Source of the DNA: an uncultured Fidelibacterota bacterium
Lineage (GTDB): Bacteria; Fidelibacterota; Marinisomatia; Marinisomatales; Marinisomataceae
DNA: 64,000 nucleotides
Reading direction: 5' to 3'
Assembly: GCA_902629855.1 (NCBI GenBank)
Contig: CACOSI010000001.1
Location: forward strand, 27,154 to 91,153
The translations under genes were made by a program, and so were the position numbers. Within the stretch, counting starts at the first letter, position 1, and the number at the start of each line of letters is the position of its first letter. The notes under the pieces are model-generated. The model searched no databases and was not told the DNA's origin. It saw only the letters and a list, made by a program, of their open reading frames with translations. Of the stretch, positions 9,358 to 19,351 are shown piece after piece.

Positions 9358-11733
9358 TTAAAAAGTTTGTCCAAAAGTTATTGTGTACTCCCAACCTTGG
9401 GCTTCACCGTCACCATTGATATCATCAAATCCATATCCCATATCAAAGCCTAATTTACCTATGCCTGGCATAAAAAACCTAACACCAACTCCGGCAGACT
9501 TTTTCATTGAAATTGAGCTGAATCTATCAATGTAAAATGGTTCTGTCAATTGAGATGTATTCCATACATTTCCCATTTCTCCAAAAGCCATAACATATAT
9601 TACAGGATTTTCTGATAGAGGAAATCTTAATTCGGTTATAAACCTACCCATTGCGTTTCCTCCAACTGCTTGACCAGATACTGTCTGAGGCCCAATGGCA
9701 TTATCAGGATAACCTCTTAATGCGTTACCATATGGTATGCCATTACCTCCCATAATAAATCTTTCATCAAAGGGAACAAAACTTTGTATGTCGTCTCCAA
9801 CATCAATTGTTTTAATGACCCCAACTTTTGCTGAATTATAAAGAACAAATTTTGAAAAAGTTGGAGTAAACCAGTCAAGTGTTAACATATGTTTTTGGAA
9901 ATTTTCATTACCACCTAAAAAACCACCCGATAGAGTATTTTCAAGCGTAAAAGTAGAGCCGTTTGTTGGAAATTCTGCTCTATTTCTACTATCTCTTGAT
10001 AACACTTGTGAAATACTAATACCTCTGGTTTTTTGCAAGCCACCTATATAGTTATCAATATCTGCTTGAGAACCATCATATTCTTTTTGCATGTATTTTG
10101 CAGACCACATCACTCTGAAAAAGTCATCAGGCCATTCTAACCTTCTTCCAAAACTCGCAACAGCTCCCCCTACAGTGAAATCTAGGGGGAAGTAATAGTT
10201 TGTTGAAGAGCCTCTAAAAGAATAGAAAATAGATGCTCCAACCAAATAAGGGCTGTCGTTTATCATTGGATCCTGAAAGCTTACATTTAAGGATTTATAT
10301 TTCGAGGGTTCTTGGGTTGTATAGATTGAAAAGTTCGTACCAGTACTTGCACCAACATTAAATTTCTGTCCTTTACCCATGAAATTATCAAATTCAATAC
10401 CGGCACCACCAGTTACTCCATATTCTCCAGTAAATCCGACGTTTGCATTAATTCTTTGAGTAGATTTTTTTTCTTGAACAAAGAAATCTAGATTAACTTT
10501 ATCATCTGAAATTGGTGTTACATCTGGAATAACATTATCAAAATAATTAAGAATCCAAATATCTCTCTGGCTTCTCATTAACTTTGATCGGCTAAAAACA
10601 TCACCTGGGTAAAGCTTTAGCTCTCTTCTAATTACATTTTCTCTAGTTTTTTCATTTCCAGATATAAAAATATTTTCCACATAGACCTTGTTACCTTCGT
10701 TAAAAACAAACTTTACATCTAAAGAATCTTTACCATATGGTATTATTTCTGGGGAAACATTACTAAAAATATACCCTCTATCTTGATAAACGCTCATCAT
10801 ATTTTCGAAAACAGATTTATCAAATTGTTCTTTAGAAAAAACATCACCTTCCTTGATTCCTAGCAATCTTTCTAATTCGGCTTGTTCTGCTATTTGGTTT
10901 CCATCGAATTCAAAATTCCTATAATAATATTTTGGACCCTCTTCTATTTTGATATTGAGTGTTAACGAAGACGTGGCTTCATCTACTAATAATGATTCCT
11001 CAAGAACTCGAAAATCACGATGTCCTTCATTGTTGTAAAAATTTGATAATTCAATTTTATCTTCCTCAAAGGTTTTATCATCATAACTTTTAACCCAGAA
11101 TGACCACCATTTTCTTTCTTTGGTATTATTTAATTCTCTTTTAAGCTTTCTATCACTAAAACTATCATTTCCCTCAAAAGTAATATTACGTAACCTGAAT
11201 TTTCTATTTTCTTCAATTGTAAAGAGAACGTCTCTTGCATAATCAGTTCTCACAATTGTATCTGTTGGCACTTCGATTGTAGGTACTACTTTGACATTGA
11301 AATACCCATCTTCTTTATAAATTTCACTTATTTTTCTTGCTGCTTTTTCAAGTGAATTAGGTTTGATTCTTTTACCGGGTTTAAGATCAATTTTTTCTAT
11401 AAATCTACCTTCTCGAACTGTCATTCCTTTAAAAAGCACTTTATTCAAGATAGGTGTTTCTTTAACAATAATTGTGACTTCAACACCGAATTGTGATTCG
11501 TTATTCAATACAATGTTTATATCTTCAAAAAGACCGAGATCCCAAAGTCTTGTGACTGCTGTCGATATATCTGATCTTTGGATTTGAGTACCATCTCTTA
11601 ACCCAGCAGAATATTTAATCATTTTATCTGAGGTGGTTTGATTACCTTCAACGTTTACTCTATATAGCGTTACATCCTGACCATATAGATGAACAAATAA
11701 ACAACATATAACTATAAAAATTTTATTTTTCAT
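9358..11733 (-). CDS. bamA: Outer membrane protein assembly factor BamA
   Basis: 791 aa. Has a signal peptide, POTRA-like repeats, and a C-terminal beta-barrel ending in an aromatic residue (...TITFGQTF). Confidence 0.9.
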   Translation of the reverse strand: MKNKIFIVICCLFVHLYGQDVTLYRVNVEGNQTTSDKMIKYSAGLRDGTQIQRSDISTAVTRLWDLGLFEDINIVLNNESQFGVEVTIIVKETPILNKVLFKGMTVREGRFIEKIDLKPGKRIKPNSLEKAARKISEIYKEDGYFNVKVVPTIEVPTDTIVRTDYARDVLFTIEENRKFRLRNITFEGNDSFSDRKLKRELNNTKERKWWSFWVKSYDDKTFEEDKIELSNFYNNEGHRDFRVLEESLLVDEATSSLTLNIKIEEGPKYYYRNFEFDGNQIAEQAELERLLGIKEGDVFSKEQFDKSVFENMMSVYQDRGYIFSNVSPEIIPYGKDSLDVKFVFNEGNKVYVENIFISGNEKTRENVIRRELKLYPGDVFSRSKLMRSQRDIWILNYFDNVIPDVTPISDDKVNLDFFVQEKKSTQRINANVGFTGEYGVTGGAGIEFDNFMGKGQKFNVGASTGTNFSIYTTQEPSKYKSLNVSFQDPMINDSPYLVGASIFYSFRGSSTNYYFPLDFTVGGAVASFGRRLEWPDDFFRVMWSAKYMQKEYDGSQADIDNYIGGLQKTRGISISQVLSRDSRNRAEFPTNGSTFTLENTLSGGFLGGNENFQKHMLTLDWFTPTFSKFVLYNSAKVGVIKTIDVGDDIQSFVPFDERFIMGGNGIPYGNALRGYPDNAIGPQTVSGQAVGGNAMGRFITELRFPLSENPVIYVMAFGEMGNVWNTSQLTEPFYIDRFSSISMKKSAGVGVRFFMPGIGKLGFDMGYGFDDINGDGEAQGWEYTITFGQTF

Positions 11734-12419
11734 TTCTTTAAAGAGCCAAATTTTCTAATTCTTTTGTTAAAATTATCAATAGCCAAATCTATATCAACCT
11801 CATTAAAATCCGGCCAATTTTTTTCACTTATATATAATTCAGAATATGCCGATTGCCAAAGCAAAAAATTGCTAAGCCTATACTCACCACCAGTTCTTAT
11901 AATTAGATCAGGATCAGGCATTTCAGGGCAATATAAGTGATTTTTAAGAATTTCTTCATCAATTATTTTCTCATTATTTTTGATAATATTTTTAACAGCA
12001 TCTACAATTTCTTGTCGCCCACTGTAACTAAGTGCTAATGTTAAAGTCATACCATCATTATTTTTTGTCAAATTTATTGCATTATCAACGAATTTTCTTG
12101 TTGAGCTTGGTAAATCCTCTATATTACCAACAATATTAAAGACAATATTGTTCCTTAACATATTTTCTAATTCTTTATCAAGCATATTTGATAAAAGACT
12201 CATAAGAGCATTTACTTCTTTTGAAGGCCTACCCCAATTTTCTTTTGAAAAAGTATATAATGTTAAAAAAGGAATTTTTTCATTTACACATTTATTAATT
12301 ATAGTTTTGGCTACTTCAGAACCTTTCGAATGTCCAAATGCTCTAGGTTTACCAACAGCTTCTGCCCACCTTCCATTACCATCCATGATAATTGCTAAAT
12401 GATTAATATTTCTAGACAT
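11730..12419 (-). CDS. uppS: Undecaprenyl-diphosphate synthase (cis-prenyltransferase)
   Basis: 229 aa. Has HLAIIMDGNGRWA, ENWGRP and RTGGE.RLSNFLLWQ motifs. Confidence 0.9.
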   Translation of the reverse strand: MSRNINHLAIIMDGNGRWAEAVGKPRAFGHSKGSEVAKTIINKCVNEKIPFLTLYTFSKENWGRPSKEVNALMSLLSNMLDKELENMLRNNIVFNIVGNIEDLPSSTRKFVDNAINLTKNNDGMTLTLALSYSGRQEIVDAVKNIIKNNEKIIDEEILKNHLYCPEMPDPDLIIRTGGEYRLSNFLLWQSAYSELYISEKNWPDFNEVDIDLAIDNFNKRIRKFGSLKK

Positions 12420-12421
12420 TT

Positions 12422-13513
12422 TTATTTCGTTATTTTTTTTGCAACATTAATAAATATCTTTCCAACATCACTTTCAGGAGATGATAAAACCAATGGATCC
12501 CCGCTATCAATCGACAGCATAAGATCCTCAGAATAAGGTATTTCGGCTAGCAAGGGTATATTTAGCCTAAAACTTTCTTCTAAACCACCTCCACTTTTAA
12601 ACAAATTAAAATTAAAATTAAACTTGCCATCAATAACATCTATTTGCTTGTTATTAATTACAATTTTTTGATTTTCTTTTCCAGGTATTTCCCCTTTTAT
12701 ATTCATATATGACATATTTTCAATTACTCCTAAAAGACTAGTATCTACTTTTTTGAACATATCTGCGCCTTTTCTAACATCTGTTAATGATATATCATTT
12801 GGGGTGGTAACTATTATTGCACCATCTAAAGGGATTTTTTGAGATAGGGTTAACTGAACATCTCCTGTGCCTGGCGGCAGATCTAAAATTAAATAATCGA
12901 GCTCTCCCCAGTTAACATCTTTGAAAAATTGCTCTGTCATTTTTGCTACAAGAGGCCCCCGCCAAACTACTGGGGCTTGATTTCCGCTTATGAAACCAAA
13001 GCTCATTAGCTTCATATTATTTTTTTCTATTGGAGTAATTTTTTGGTTTTCATCTACAATTGGATTTTTGTTAACTCCCATTGTTATTGGCAAGGAAGGA
13101 CCGTATATATCTAAATCAAGAAGACCTGTTTTAAAACCTAAAGAAGATAGTGCTGCAGCCAGATTTAACGCTATTGTTGACTTTCCAACTCCACCTTTAC
13201 CGCTTGCAACTGCAATAATATTTTTAATATTTCCTTGAACGTTAGCTTCTTTATTGGTTGTATCAACGACATCACTATTTGTTTGTTCAAGAATTTTAAC
13301 ATTGATATTAAAATTATCTGTGTTGAGAGTATCAATAATAGATTTTATCAATTGTTCTTTTTTTTCTTCATTTTTTGATGAAAAAGAAAGCATAATAGTT
13401 ATGATATCTCTATCAATAACTATTTCTTTTACCATACCAAAAGAGACTATATCTCTATTAAAGCCAGGATAATTCACTGTCTTAAGTTTTTCTAATATTT
13501 GGTCTTTTTTCAT
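12422..13513 (-). CDS. apbC: Fe-S cluster carrier ATPase Mrp/ApbC (N-terminal DUF59-like domain)
   Basis: 363 aa. Has the deviant Walker A ASGKGGVGKST and DLPPGTGD motifs. The N-terminal ~90 aa resemble a MIP18/DUF59 domain. Confidence 0.85.
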   Translation of the reverse strand: MKKDQILEKLKTVNYPGFNRDIVSFGMVKEIVIDRDIITIMLSFSSKNEEKKEQLIKSIIDTLNTDNFNINVKILEQTNSDVVDTTNKEANVQGNIKNIIAVASGKGGVGKSTIALNLAAALSSLGFKTGLLDLDIYGPSLPITMGVNKNPIVDENQKITPIEKNNMKLMSFGFISGNQAPVVWRGPLVAKMTEQFFKDVNWGELDYLILDLPPGTGDVQLTLSQKIPLDGAIIVTTPNDISLTDVRKGADMFKKVDTSLLGVIENMSYMNIKGEIPGKENQKIVINNKQIDVIDGKFNFNFNLFKSGGGLEESFRLNIPLLAEIPYSEDLMLSIDSGDPLVLSSPESDVGKIFINVAKKITK

Positions 13514-13608
13514 TAATTTCCCTCGAGCATAAAAATAGAAAATGAATATATAAAATGTTAGGAAATTATTATCTTATATTATTTTAATTTTATTATTAAT
13601 GTGCATCT

Positions 13609-14805
13609 ATGTTTCAGAAAAAAAATCTAAATCTATTCTTATTAACAGTTCCTCTATCCAACTCGATTGCTAGGTCTATTTATGACGTAGCTTTTATTTG
13701 GCTCATACTTGATTTAACCAATTCTGAAAAGATTACTGGGTTAGTTGCAATGACAACATACCTTCCGGCAATATTGTGTGGACTATTCATTGGCGCAGTT
13801 GTTGACTTATTTCCTAAAACAAGAATGATATCTTTTTCAACAATTATGCAAGGAATAATTCTTGCAATGATCCCAATTTTGTTCTTCTTTCAAATTGAGT
13901 CAATCTGGATTTTAGTTTTATTAGCCTTTTTTCATAATGCATTTGGTCTACCAATGGTACCAGCTTTTAATGCATATTTACCTACACAAATTGAAAAAGA
14001 AGGATTATTAAAAGCAAACTCAATCGTTAATATATCATGGCAGACTGCTGTTTTAATTGGACCAATTATTGCTGCTCAACTTTTGACAATTTATAATGTT
14101 GAAAACTTGTTTTTATTTTGTCTCTTTTTCTATTTTATAGCAGCATCAATTACCACTCTTGCTCCTAAAGATTATGTTGAAAAAGAAGAAATAAGTTTGA
14201 AAAGGATTGTATCAAAAACATATGAGGGCATTATATTTTTAAAAAACAATTCAACATTTACTTTTATAATTATTTTAACTCTTCTTAGTAATTTGTTTGT
14301 CATGGGTCCTGCTGTCGTTGGAATACCTGTTCTAGTAAAGCTATATCTTTCAGGAAGTGCAGCAGACTTTGCTCTTGCTGAGGCTTTTATTGGCCTTGGT
14401 ATGCTTGTGGGCACTGCAACTGTCTACAGGATTGGTAATCGATATCCCCATGGACTACTATTTCTTTTAGGTTTATTTATTGATGGTGCTAGCTTTTGTT
14501 TTTATTATTTTGTTGAAAATCTTAACCAATTAAATCTCTTATCCTTTCTTCATGGTATCGGTATACCTTTTTTGATTATTTCTCGTGTATCTATAATGCA
14601 GAAAAATATACCAGAAAAACTTTTGGGCAGGGTTTTTGCAATTATTTCAATATCTATTTTAAGCATGACAGCAGTTTCAAGTGGAATCATTGGATCTTTA
14701 GCTGAATTTCTTGATATCAGAACAATTTTTTTATTGTTTGGTATTCTAGCAGGCTTATGTGGAATTGCAGGCTTATTACACCCGAAAATAAGATTCTTAA
14801 ACTAG
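13609..14805 (+). CDS. MFS transporter
   Basis: 398 aa with ~12 predicted hydrophobic helices in a 6+6 arrangement around a central loop. Substrate unknown. Confidence 0.6.
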   Translation: MFQKKNLNLFLLTVPLSNSIARSIYDVAFIWLILDLTNSEKITGLVAMTTYLPAILCGLFIGAVVDLFPKTRMISFSTIMQGIILAMIPILFFFQIESIWILVLLAFFHNAFGLPMVPAFNAYLPTQIEKEGLLKANSIVNISWQTAVLIGPIIAAQLLTIYNVENLFLFCLFFYFIAASITTLAPKDYVEKEEISLKRIVSKTYEGIIFLKNNSTFTFIIILTLLSNLFVMGPAVVGIPVLVKLYLSGSAADFALAEAFIGLGMLVGTATVYRIGNRYPHGLLFLLGLFIDGASFCFYYFVENLNQLNLLSFLHGIGIPFLIISRVSIMQKNIPEKLLGRVFAIISISILSMTAVSSGIIGSLAEFLDIRTIFLLFGILAGLCGIAGLLHPKIRFLN

Positions 14806-15516
14806 AAGGTCAGATATTTTTTCCCTCGTTAAATCTCTCAAATCTTCAACTGATAGATTTGAATATAAATCCGAAGGTATTGGTTCACCAAAAACTAGTG
14901 TTAACTTGCCAGGGTTAATAATCCAGCTAGTTCTTTTATTAGCACGATAAGCACCAATTAATCCTATTGGTACGATGGTAGCATTGGTTGCCTTTGCAAA
15001 ATGAAATACTCCTTTTTTAAATTCTCCTAATTTACCAGTAATTGTTCGTTGGCCTTCTGGCGAAAGAACCATTGAGTCTTTGTCTTCTAGTAAAATCTTT
15101 TCTGCAAGTTTTAAAGTTTGTTTTGCTTTATCTGTAGAATCGTGCGTTATCGCGTATGCACCATACCTCTTAGCAAAAAAACCAAATAAGGGGATCTTAA
15201 ATACTCCCTCCCATCCAATTGCATTTATATAGTATGGAATTCCACCTGCAAGCATTAAAACATCAAACATGGATTCATGATTAAACATGAATATATAAGG
15301 TCCATTTTCTTTTGGAGGCGCTTTACCCTTAACTGAAAAATATTGTAAACCACTTAACATAATCAATCTACAGCTAATAGGTGCAAGTATATGGTAAGTA
15401 TTTCGAGGATGTGTAATGTAACTTGATATAATAATACAAATCAAAAGTAGTGCAAACAGTGAAAAGAAAACTGGTATAATAAATATTGAAAGTATAATGC
15501 TGATAATCTTATACAT
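14797..15516 (-). CDS. plsC: 1-acyl-sn-glycerol-3-phosphate acyltransferase
   Basis: 239 aa. Has an N-terminal TM helix, the HX4D motif NHESMFD, and PEGQRT (acyltransferase block III). Confidence 0.7.
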   Translation of the reverse strand: MYKIISIILSIFIIPVFFSLFALLLICIIISSYITHPRNTYHILAPISCRLIMLSGLQYFSVKGKAPPKENGPYIFMFNHESMFDVLMLAGGIPYYINAIGWEGVFKIPLFGFFAKRYGAYAITHDSTDKAKQTLKLAEKILLEDKDSMVLSPEGQRTITGKLGEFKKGVFHFAKATNATIVPIGLIGAYRANKRTSWIINPGKLTLVFGEPIPSDLYSNLSVEDLRDLTREKISDLLV

Positions 15517-15518
15517 AT

Positions 15519-16553
15519 CTATTTATTTTTTTTAAAAATATCTAACATCTTATGGTTTGCTTTTGGTAAAGCTAAATTATCTAACCCTTTAATAGTTGTC
15601 CATAAATACTTTTCTTTAATTTTTAGATTGCTAATATCCTTTATATTGTGCTGAAATAAAGAAATTTTGACTTTAAAATGACTATATTGGTGTTTTACTT
15701 CCCCAAGGTATTTTGGGTTATTGATGTTTAAGCGTGTTTCTTCAAAAACTTCCCTAATCACTGCATCTTCTTTGGTTTCCCCTTTTTTGATTTTTCCGCC
15801 TGGGAACTCCCAAAGACCACCAAGCATTTTGTCTTTAGGGCGCTGCATAAGTAATAGCTTACTTTTATAAATGATTATACATACAGCAACATTTACTGTT
15901 GGTGAGGGTTTATTTTTTTTCATTTCTGGGTATTTCAAGGGATCATCATTGGTTGAAGCTTTGCAGCCTGCTGTAATTGGACAGGGCATACAATCAACAG
16001 CTTTGGCTTGGCATAAACTACTGCCAAGATCCATTAAAGCTTGGTTAAAATCACCAGGTTTTGCCTTATCCTGAATATTTTCGAGATATTTTTTTACTCT
16101 ATTATTATTAAACTTAGATTTCTTTTTTAAACCAAGAAGCCTGAAACCAACACGCTCTAAATTTGTATCAACTCCAACTTCTTGTTTGTTATAAGCTATT
16201 GCTAAAATTGTTTTTGCTGTGTATTCACCAATACCTGGAAGCTTGATTAGCTCATTAAATGTTTCTGGGAGTTTCCCATTTAAAGACTTTGCAGTTGCAT
16301 GAATATTTCTGCATCTAGAGTAATATCCCAATCCTTCCCAATGTTTTAAGACATGATTATAGTCAGCTTGTGCAAGAGCTTCGATATTTGGAAAGCTTTT
16401 CATCCATTTTTCATAATATGGAATTACAGTTGCTACTTGGGTTTGTTGTAGCATTATTTCAGAAATCCATATTTTGTAAGGATCTTTGGTTTCTCTCCAA
16501 GGTAATATTCTTTTATTTAAGGAATACCACCCGAGTAACTGTTGTGAAATCAT
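15519..16553 (-). CDS. mutY: A/G-specific adenine DNA glycosylase MutY
   Basis: 344 aa. Has an HhH-GPD core (LPWR...PYKIWISEIMLQQTQV, PGIGEYTA), a 4Cys Fe-S cluster loop and a C-terminal NUDIX-like domain (GLWEFPGGK). Confidence 0.85.
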   Translation of the reverse strand: MISQQLLGWYSLNKRILPWRETKDPYKIWISEIMLQQTQVATVIPYYEKWMKSFPNIEALAQADYNHVLKHWEGLGYYSRCRNIHATAKSLNGKLPETFNELIKLPGIGEYTAKTILAIAYNKQEVGVDTNLERVGFRLLGLKKKSKFNNNRVKKYLENIQDKAKPGDFNQALMDLGSSLCQAKAVDCMPCPITAGCKASTNDDPLKYPEMKKNKPSPTVNVAVCIIIYKSKLLLMQRPKDKMLGGLWEFPGGKIKKGETKEDAVIREVFEETRLNINNPKYLGEVKHQYSHFKVKISLFQHNIKDISNLKIKEKYLWTTIKGLDNLALPKANHKMLDIFKKNK

Positions 16554-16593
16554 ACGCTTAGATTAAGAATATGACTCCAAAAATCCAAAAAAA

Positions 16594-17604
16594 TTAACTA
16601 CAAGTAGTTTCAATTAAAGCTGCACATGCTTTGTAAGGATCAACATTTGATGCTGGCCTTCTGTCTTCAAGGTAGCCTTTACCATCATTTGCAACATCCA
16701 TTGGAATTCTTATCGAAGCTCCCCTATCACTAACTCCATATTTAAATTCATTAATGCTACATGTTTCATGATCTCCTGTAAGGCGCTCATCATTATGAGC
16801 TCCATACGCTTTGATATGTTTTTCAACTTCATTACCAAGTTTTTCGCAAGCCTCATTAATAACCGATATTCCTCCTTCAGCTCTCATTGACTCTGTACTA
16901 AAATTGATATGTGCTCCAGAACCATTCCAATCTCCTTTGATTGGTTTTGGGTGAAGGTCTACTCTTAGACCATAATCTTCACCAACTCTTTCTAATAGCC
17001 ATCTGGCTACCCAAAGTTGATCGCAAACTTCAAGTGCTGGCAATGGTCCTACTTGATACTCCCACTGTCCTAACATTACTTCAGCATTTATTCCTGATAT
17101 TTCAAAACCTGCATCAAGACATAAGTCAAGATGATCTTCTACCATATTTCTTGCTGCAACATCTTCTGAACCAACACTGCAATAATATGGACCTTGTGGT
17201 CTTTCAGGAAACCCTTCATCTGGCCAACCCGCGGGTTGCTTCCCATCCATTAATGTATATTCTTGCTCAATACCGAACCATGATTTATGCTCCTTAAATC
17301 TTTTTTCTATCTCTACAAGAGCTGCTCTTGAATTTGACTTATGTGGAGAACCGTCTGGATTACAAACCTCACACATGACGAGAATATTTTCACCTCCACG
17401 AATTGGATCAGGACACATCCAAACAGGTTTCAATTTACAGTCGCTATCGCCACCATCCGCCTGGAGTGTGCTAGAACCATCGAACCCCCATGTAGGGAGC
17501 TCAGACACTGATGATACAGAATTATTTAATACTTTGGTTTTTGAACGAAGGTTAGCAGTTGGTTCGTAACCATCTATCCAAATATATTCAGCCTTTACTT
17601 TCAT
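16594..17604 (-). CDS. glnII: Glutamine synthetase type II (eukaryote-like GSII)
   Basis: 336 aa. Near-colinear with eukaryotic GS as I remember it: EYIWIDG, FDGSSTLQA, WFGIEQEYTL, PQGPYYC, NAEVM.GQWE.Q.GP, HPKP..GDWNGSG.H.NFS, GASIRIP and YLEDRRP. Confidence 0.9.
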   Translation of the reverse strand: MKVKAEYIWIDGYEPTANLRSKTKVLNNSVSSVSELPTWGFDGSSTLQADGGDSDCKLKPVWMCPDPIRGGENILVMCEVCNPDGSPHKSNSRAALVEIEKRFKEHKSWFGIEQEYTLMDGKQPAGWPDEGFPERPQGPYYCSVGSEDVAARNMVEDHLDLCLDAGFEISGINAEVMLGQWEYQVGPLPALEVCDQLWVARWLLERVGEDYGLRVDLHPKPIKGDWNGSGAHINFSTESMRAEGGISVINEACEKLGNEVEKHIKAYGAHNDERLTGDHETCSINEFKYGVSDRGASIRIPMDVANDGKGYLEDRRPASNVDPYKACAALIETTCS

Positions 17605-17682
17605 TTTAAGTTTTCCTCGATTAAGTTAAAAATTAGGTTAAATATATTTATTTTTTTATTTAGATAAAATAAAAAATTTAGT

Positions 17683-18153
17683 CTATTTTGTGTTTTTACT
17701 TAAAATATTTAAATCAATTTGAGTTTTTTCTTTATATGTTGATAGAACAACATTTGACTGAGTTCTTGAAACTCCAGGCCAATTTTGAATTTCATATAAA
17801 AGATCTTCGAGTGACTGTGAATTTTCTACTCTTACCTTAAGTATGTGTGAACCGCCTCCAGTAATTGAATGACATTCCAGAACAGCTTTACATTTATTTG
17901 CTTTTTCAACAAATTTTGAGTAATGGTCAGAGTGTTCACTAACAATGAAAACGTAAGCTGTTAAATCAAGACCCGCTTTTTTATGATCAATTAATGCAAC
18001 ATTACCACTTATAAAACCTTTTTCTGATAGTTTTCTTAATCTCTCAGAGGCTGCAGGAACTGACAGGTTAACTGATTTTGCTAAATCGCTTGCAGAAACT
18101 CTACCATCATTCTGTAATATTTCTAATATTTTAATATCTGTTTTATCTATCAT
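17683..18153 (-). CDS. Lrp/AsnC family transcriptional regulator
   Basis: 156 aa. Has an N-terminal HTH (DIKILEILQNDGRVSASDLAKSVNLSVPAASERLRKL) plus a RAM/ACT-like C-domain. Lies immediately upstream of glnII on the same strand. Confidence 0.8.
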   Translation of the reverse strand: MIDKTDIKILEILQNDGRVSASDLAKSVNLSVPAASERLRKLSEKGFISGNVALIDHKKAGLDLTAYVFIVSEHSDHYSKFVEKANKCKAVLECHSITGGGSHILKVRVENSQSLEDLLYEIQNWPGVSRTQSNVVLSTYKEKTQIDLNILSKNTK

Positions 18154-18245
18154 TGTTAAAAAATTTAGTTTAAAATGTTATTTAATTAATAAATTATTGT
18201 AATTAAATATAAAATAACTAATTAATTAATGTTTTAAAATACTAA

Positions 18246-18680
18246 ATGACAAAAAGTATCGACATAGAAAAATTGCTACAGAGAGTAGAATCTTTAGAAA
18301 AAAGAGTTGAAAAGCTTGATCCTACTAGTAAAAGACAACTTCCATCTAAAGAAAAGCAAATTAAAAATATCAAAGATGAAATTGAAATATGGTCAAAAAA
18401 ATTTCCTTCAATTGATGTTGAATTTGAGCTTATAAAAATGCTTGATTGGCTAAAAGCTAATAATAAAAGAAAAAAAGACTATAAAGCTTTTTTTCGAAAC
18501 TGGCTTAGGAAGTCTTCTAATTCAATAGAGCAAAGCGTTGAAGATGTTTTAAAATATGTATATGGATGTACTAAACCTTCAAAAAATTGCACGAATAATG
18601 AGTCAGATTACAAAGATATGTATATTTTCTGTGAAAAATGTAAAGCTCAAAAAACTATTGTAAAAACTATAAAAAACTAG
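18246..18680 (+). CDS. Hypothetical protein (coiled-coil N-terminus, C-terminal CX6C-X13-CX2C)
   Basis: 144 aa with no family recognised. Its ORF shares a 4-nt CTAG stop/stop overlap with rplI. It is the only plus-strand gene between 14.8 and 31 kb. Coding status is supported by length in an AT-rich context and the exact fit to the gap. Confidence 0.45.
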   Translation: MTKSIDIEKLLQRVESLEKRVEKLDPTSKRQLPSKEKQIKNIKDEIEIWSKKFPSIDVEFELIKMLDWLKANNKRKKDYKAFFRNWLRKSSNSIEQSVEDVLKYVYGCTKPSKNCTNNESDYKDMYIFCEKCKAQKTIVKTIKN

Positions 18681-19123
18681 TCTTCTTTTTCAATTAAAAT
18701 TGAGAAGCTTCCTGATACATCTTTGGTAAATACAACTTCAACTTCATGATTACCCAATGTCTTTATAGGATTATCTAGATTAATAAATTTTTTATCTACT
18801 TCTATACCATTCTCATTCAATAAATCAGATAAATCTTGTTTTGTCACGGATCCAAAAAGCTTTTCTCCGTCCTCTGACTTCATTTTCATAGTAAGCTCTA
18901 GTGCTTTAATCTGACCAATGACTTCAATTAAATCGTCTTTTTTTCTTTCAAGCTTACGCTCTTCTAACTGACTAGCAACTTTAACTGCATTGTATTGTTT
19001 TTCGGAAAATAATATGGCTAATTTATTTGGAAATAAAAAGTTGCGTGCGTAACCAGATTTTACAGTCACAACATCTCCTACTGCTCCTAAATTATTTACA
19101 TCTTTTGTAAGTATAATTTTCAT
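18677..19123 (-). CDS. rplI: 50S ribosomal protein L9
   Basis: 148 aa. Has MKIILTKDV.NLG..GDVV.VK.GYARNFL. Position is rpsF-rpsR-rplI. Confidence 0.9.
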   Translation of the reverse strand: MKIILTKDVNNLGAVGDVVTVKSGYARNFLFPNKLAILFSEKQYNAVKVASQLEERKLERKKDDLIEVIGQIKALELTMKMKSEDGEKLFGSVTKQDLSDLLNENGIEVDKKFINLDNPIKTLGNHEVEVVFTKDVSGSFSILIEKED

Positions 19124-19125
19124 AT

Positions 19126-19350
19126 CTAATCCCTATCGACAGCAGCAAACGGTAATAGTGCAATATTACGTGCTCTCTTTATGGCTAAAACAAGTTTTCT
19201 GTGCATTTTACTACTTGTGCCAGTTACTCTTCTGGGTGTAATCTTACCTTGATCATTAATAAACTTATTTAAAAGCTTTGTGTCTTTATAATCAATTTCA
19301 TGAATGTTATTTCTCTTGAAATAACATGATTTTTTTCTTCCCGATAACAT
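19126..19350 (-). CDS. rpsR: 30S ribosomal protein S18
   Basis: S18 motifs present: IDYKD..LL..FI...GKI.PRR.TG......R.L..AIKRAR..ALLP. Start is placed at ATG 19350, preceded by AGGAGGAGGG. The longer ORF-track start (19368) lies inside the rpsF 3' end. Confidence 0.9.
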   Translation of the reverse strand: MLSGRKKSCYFKRNNIHEIDYKDTKLLNKFINDQGKITPRRVTGTSSKMHRKLVLAIKRARNIALLPFAAVDRD

Positions 19351-19351
19351 A

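Noticed and set aside
9344-9394. Longer skp start (ORF-track ATG at 9394), and similarly the longer rpsR (19368) and rpsF (19717) starts
   Set aside because: The extensions overlap or abut the upstream gene and add non-homologous residues. The internal starts have clear AGGAG-type Shine-Dalgarno sites and give canonical N-termini or signal peptides.
17605-17682. Possible glutamine riboswitch or intrinsic terminator between lrp and glnII
   Set aside because: The 78-nt spacer is almost pure A/T. The only inverted repeat (TTTTTTATTT...AAAATAAAAAA) is A/T-only and too weak. No conserved glnA-RNA-like G/C core is present.
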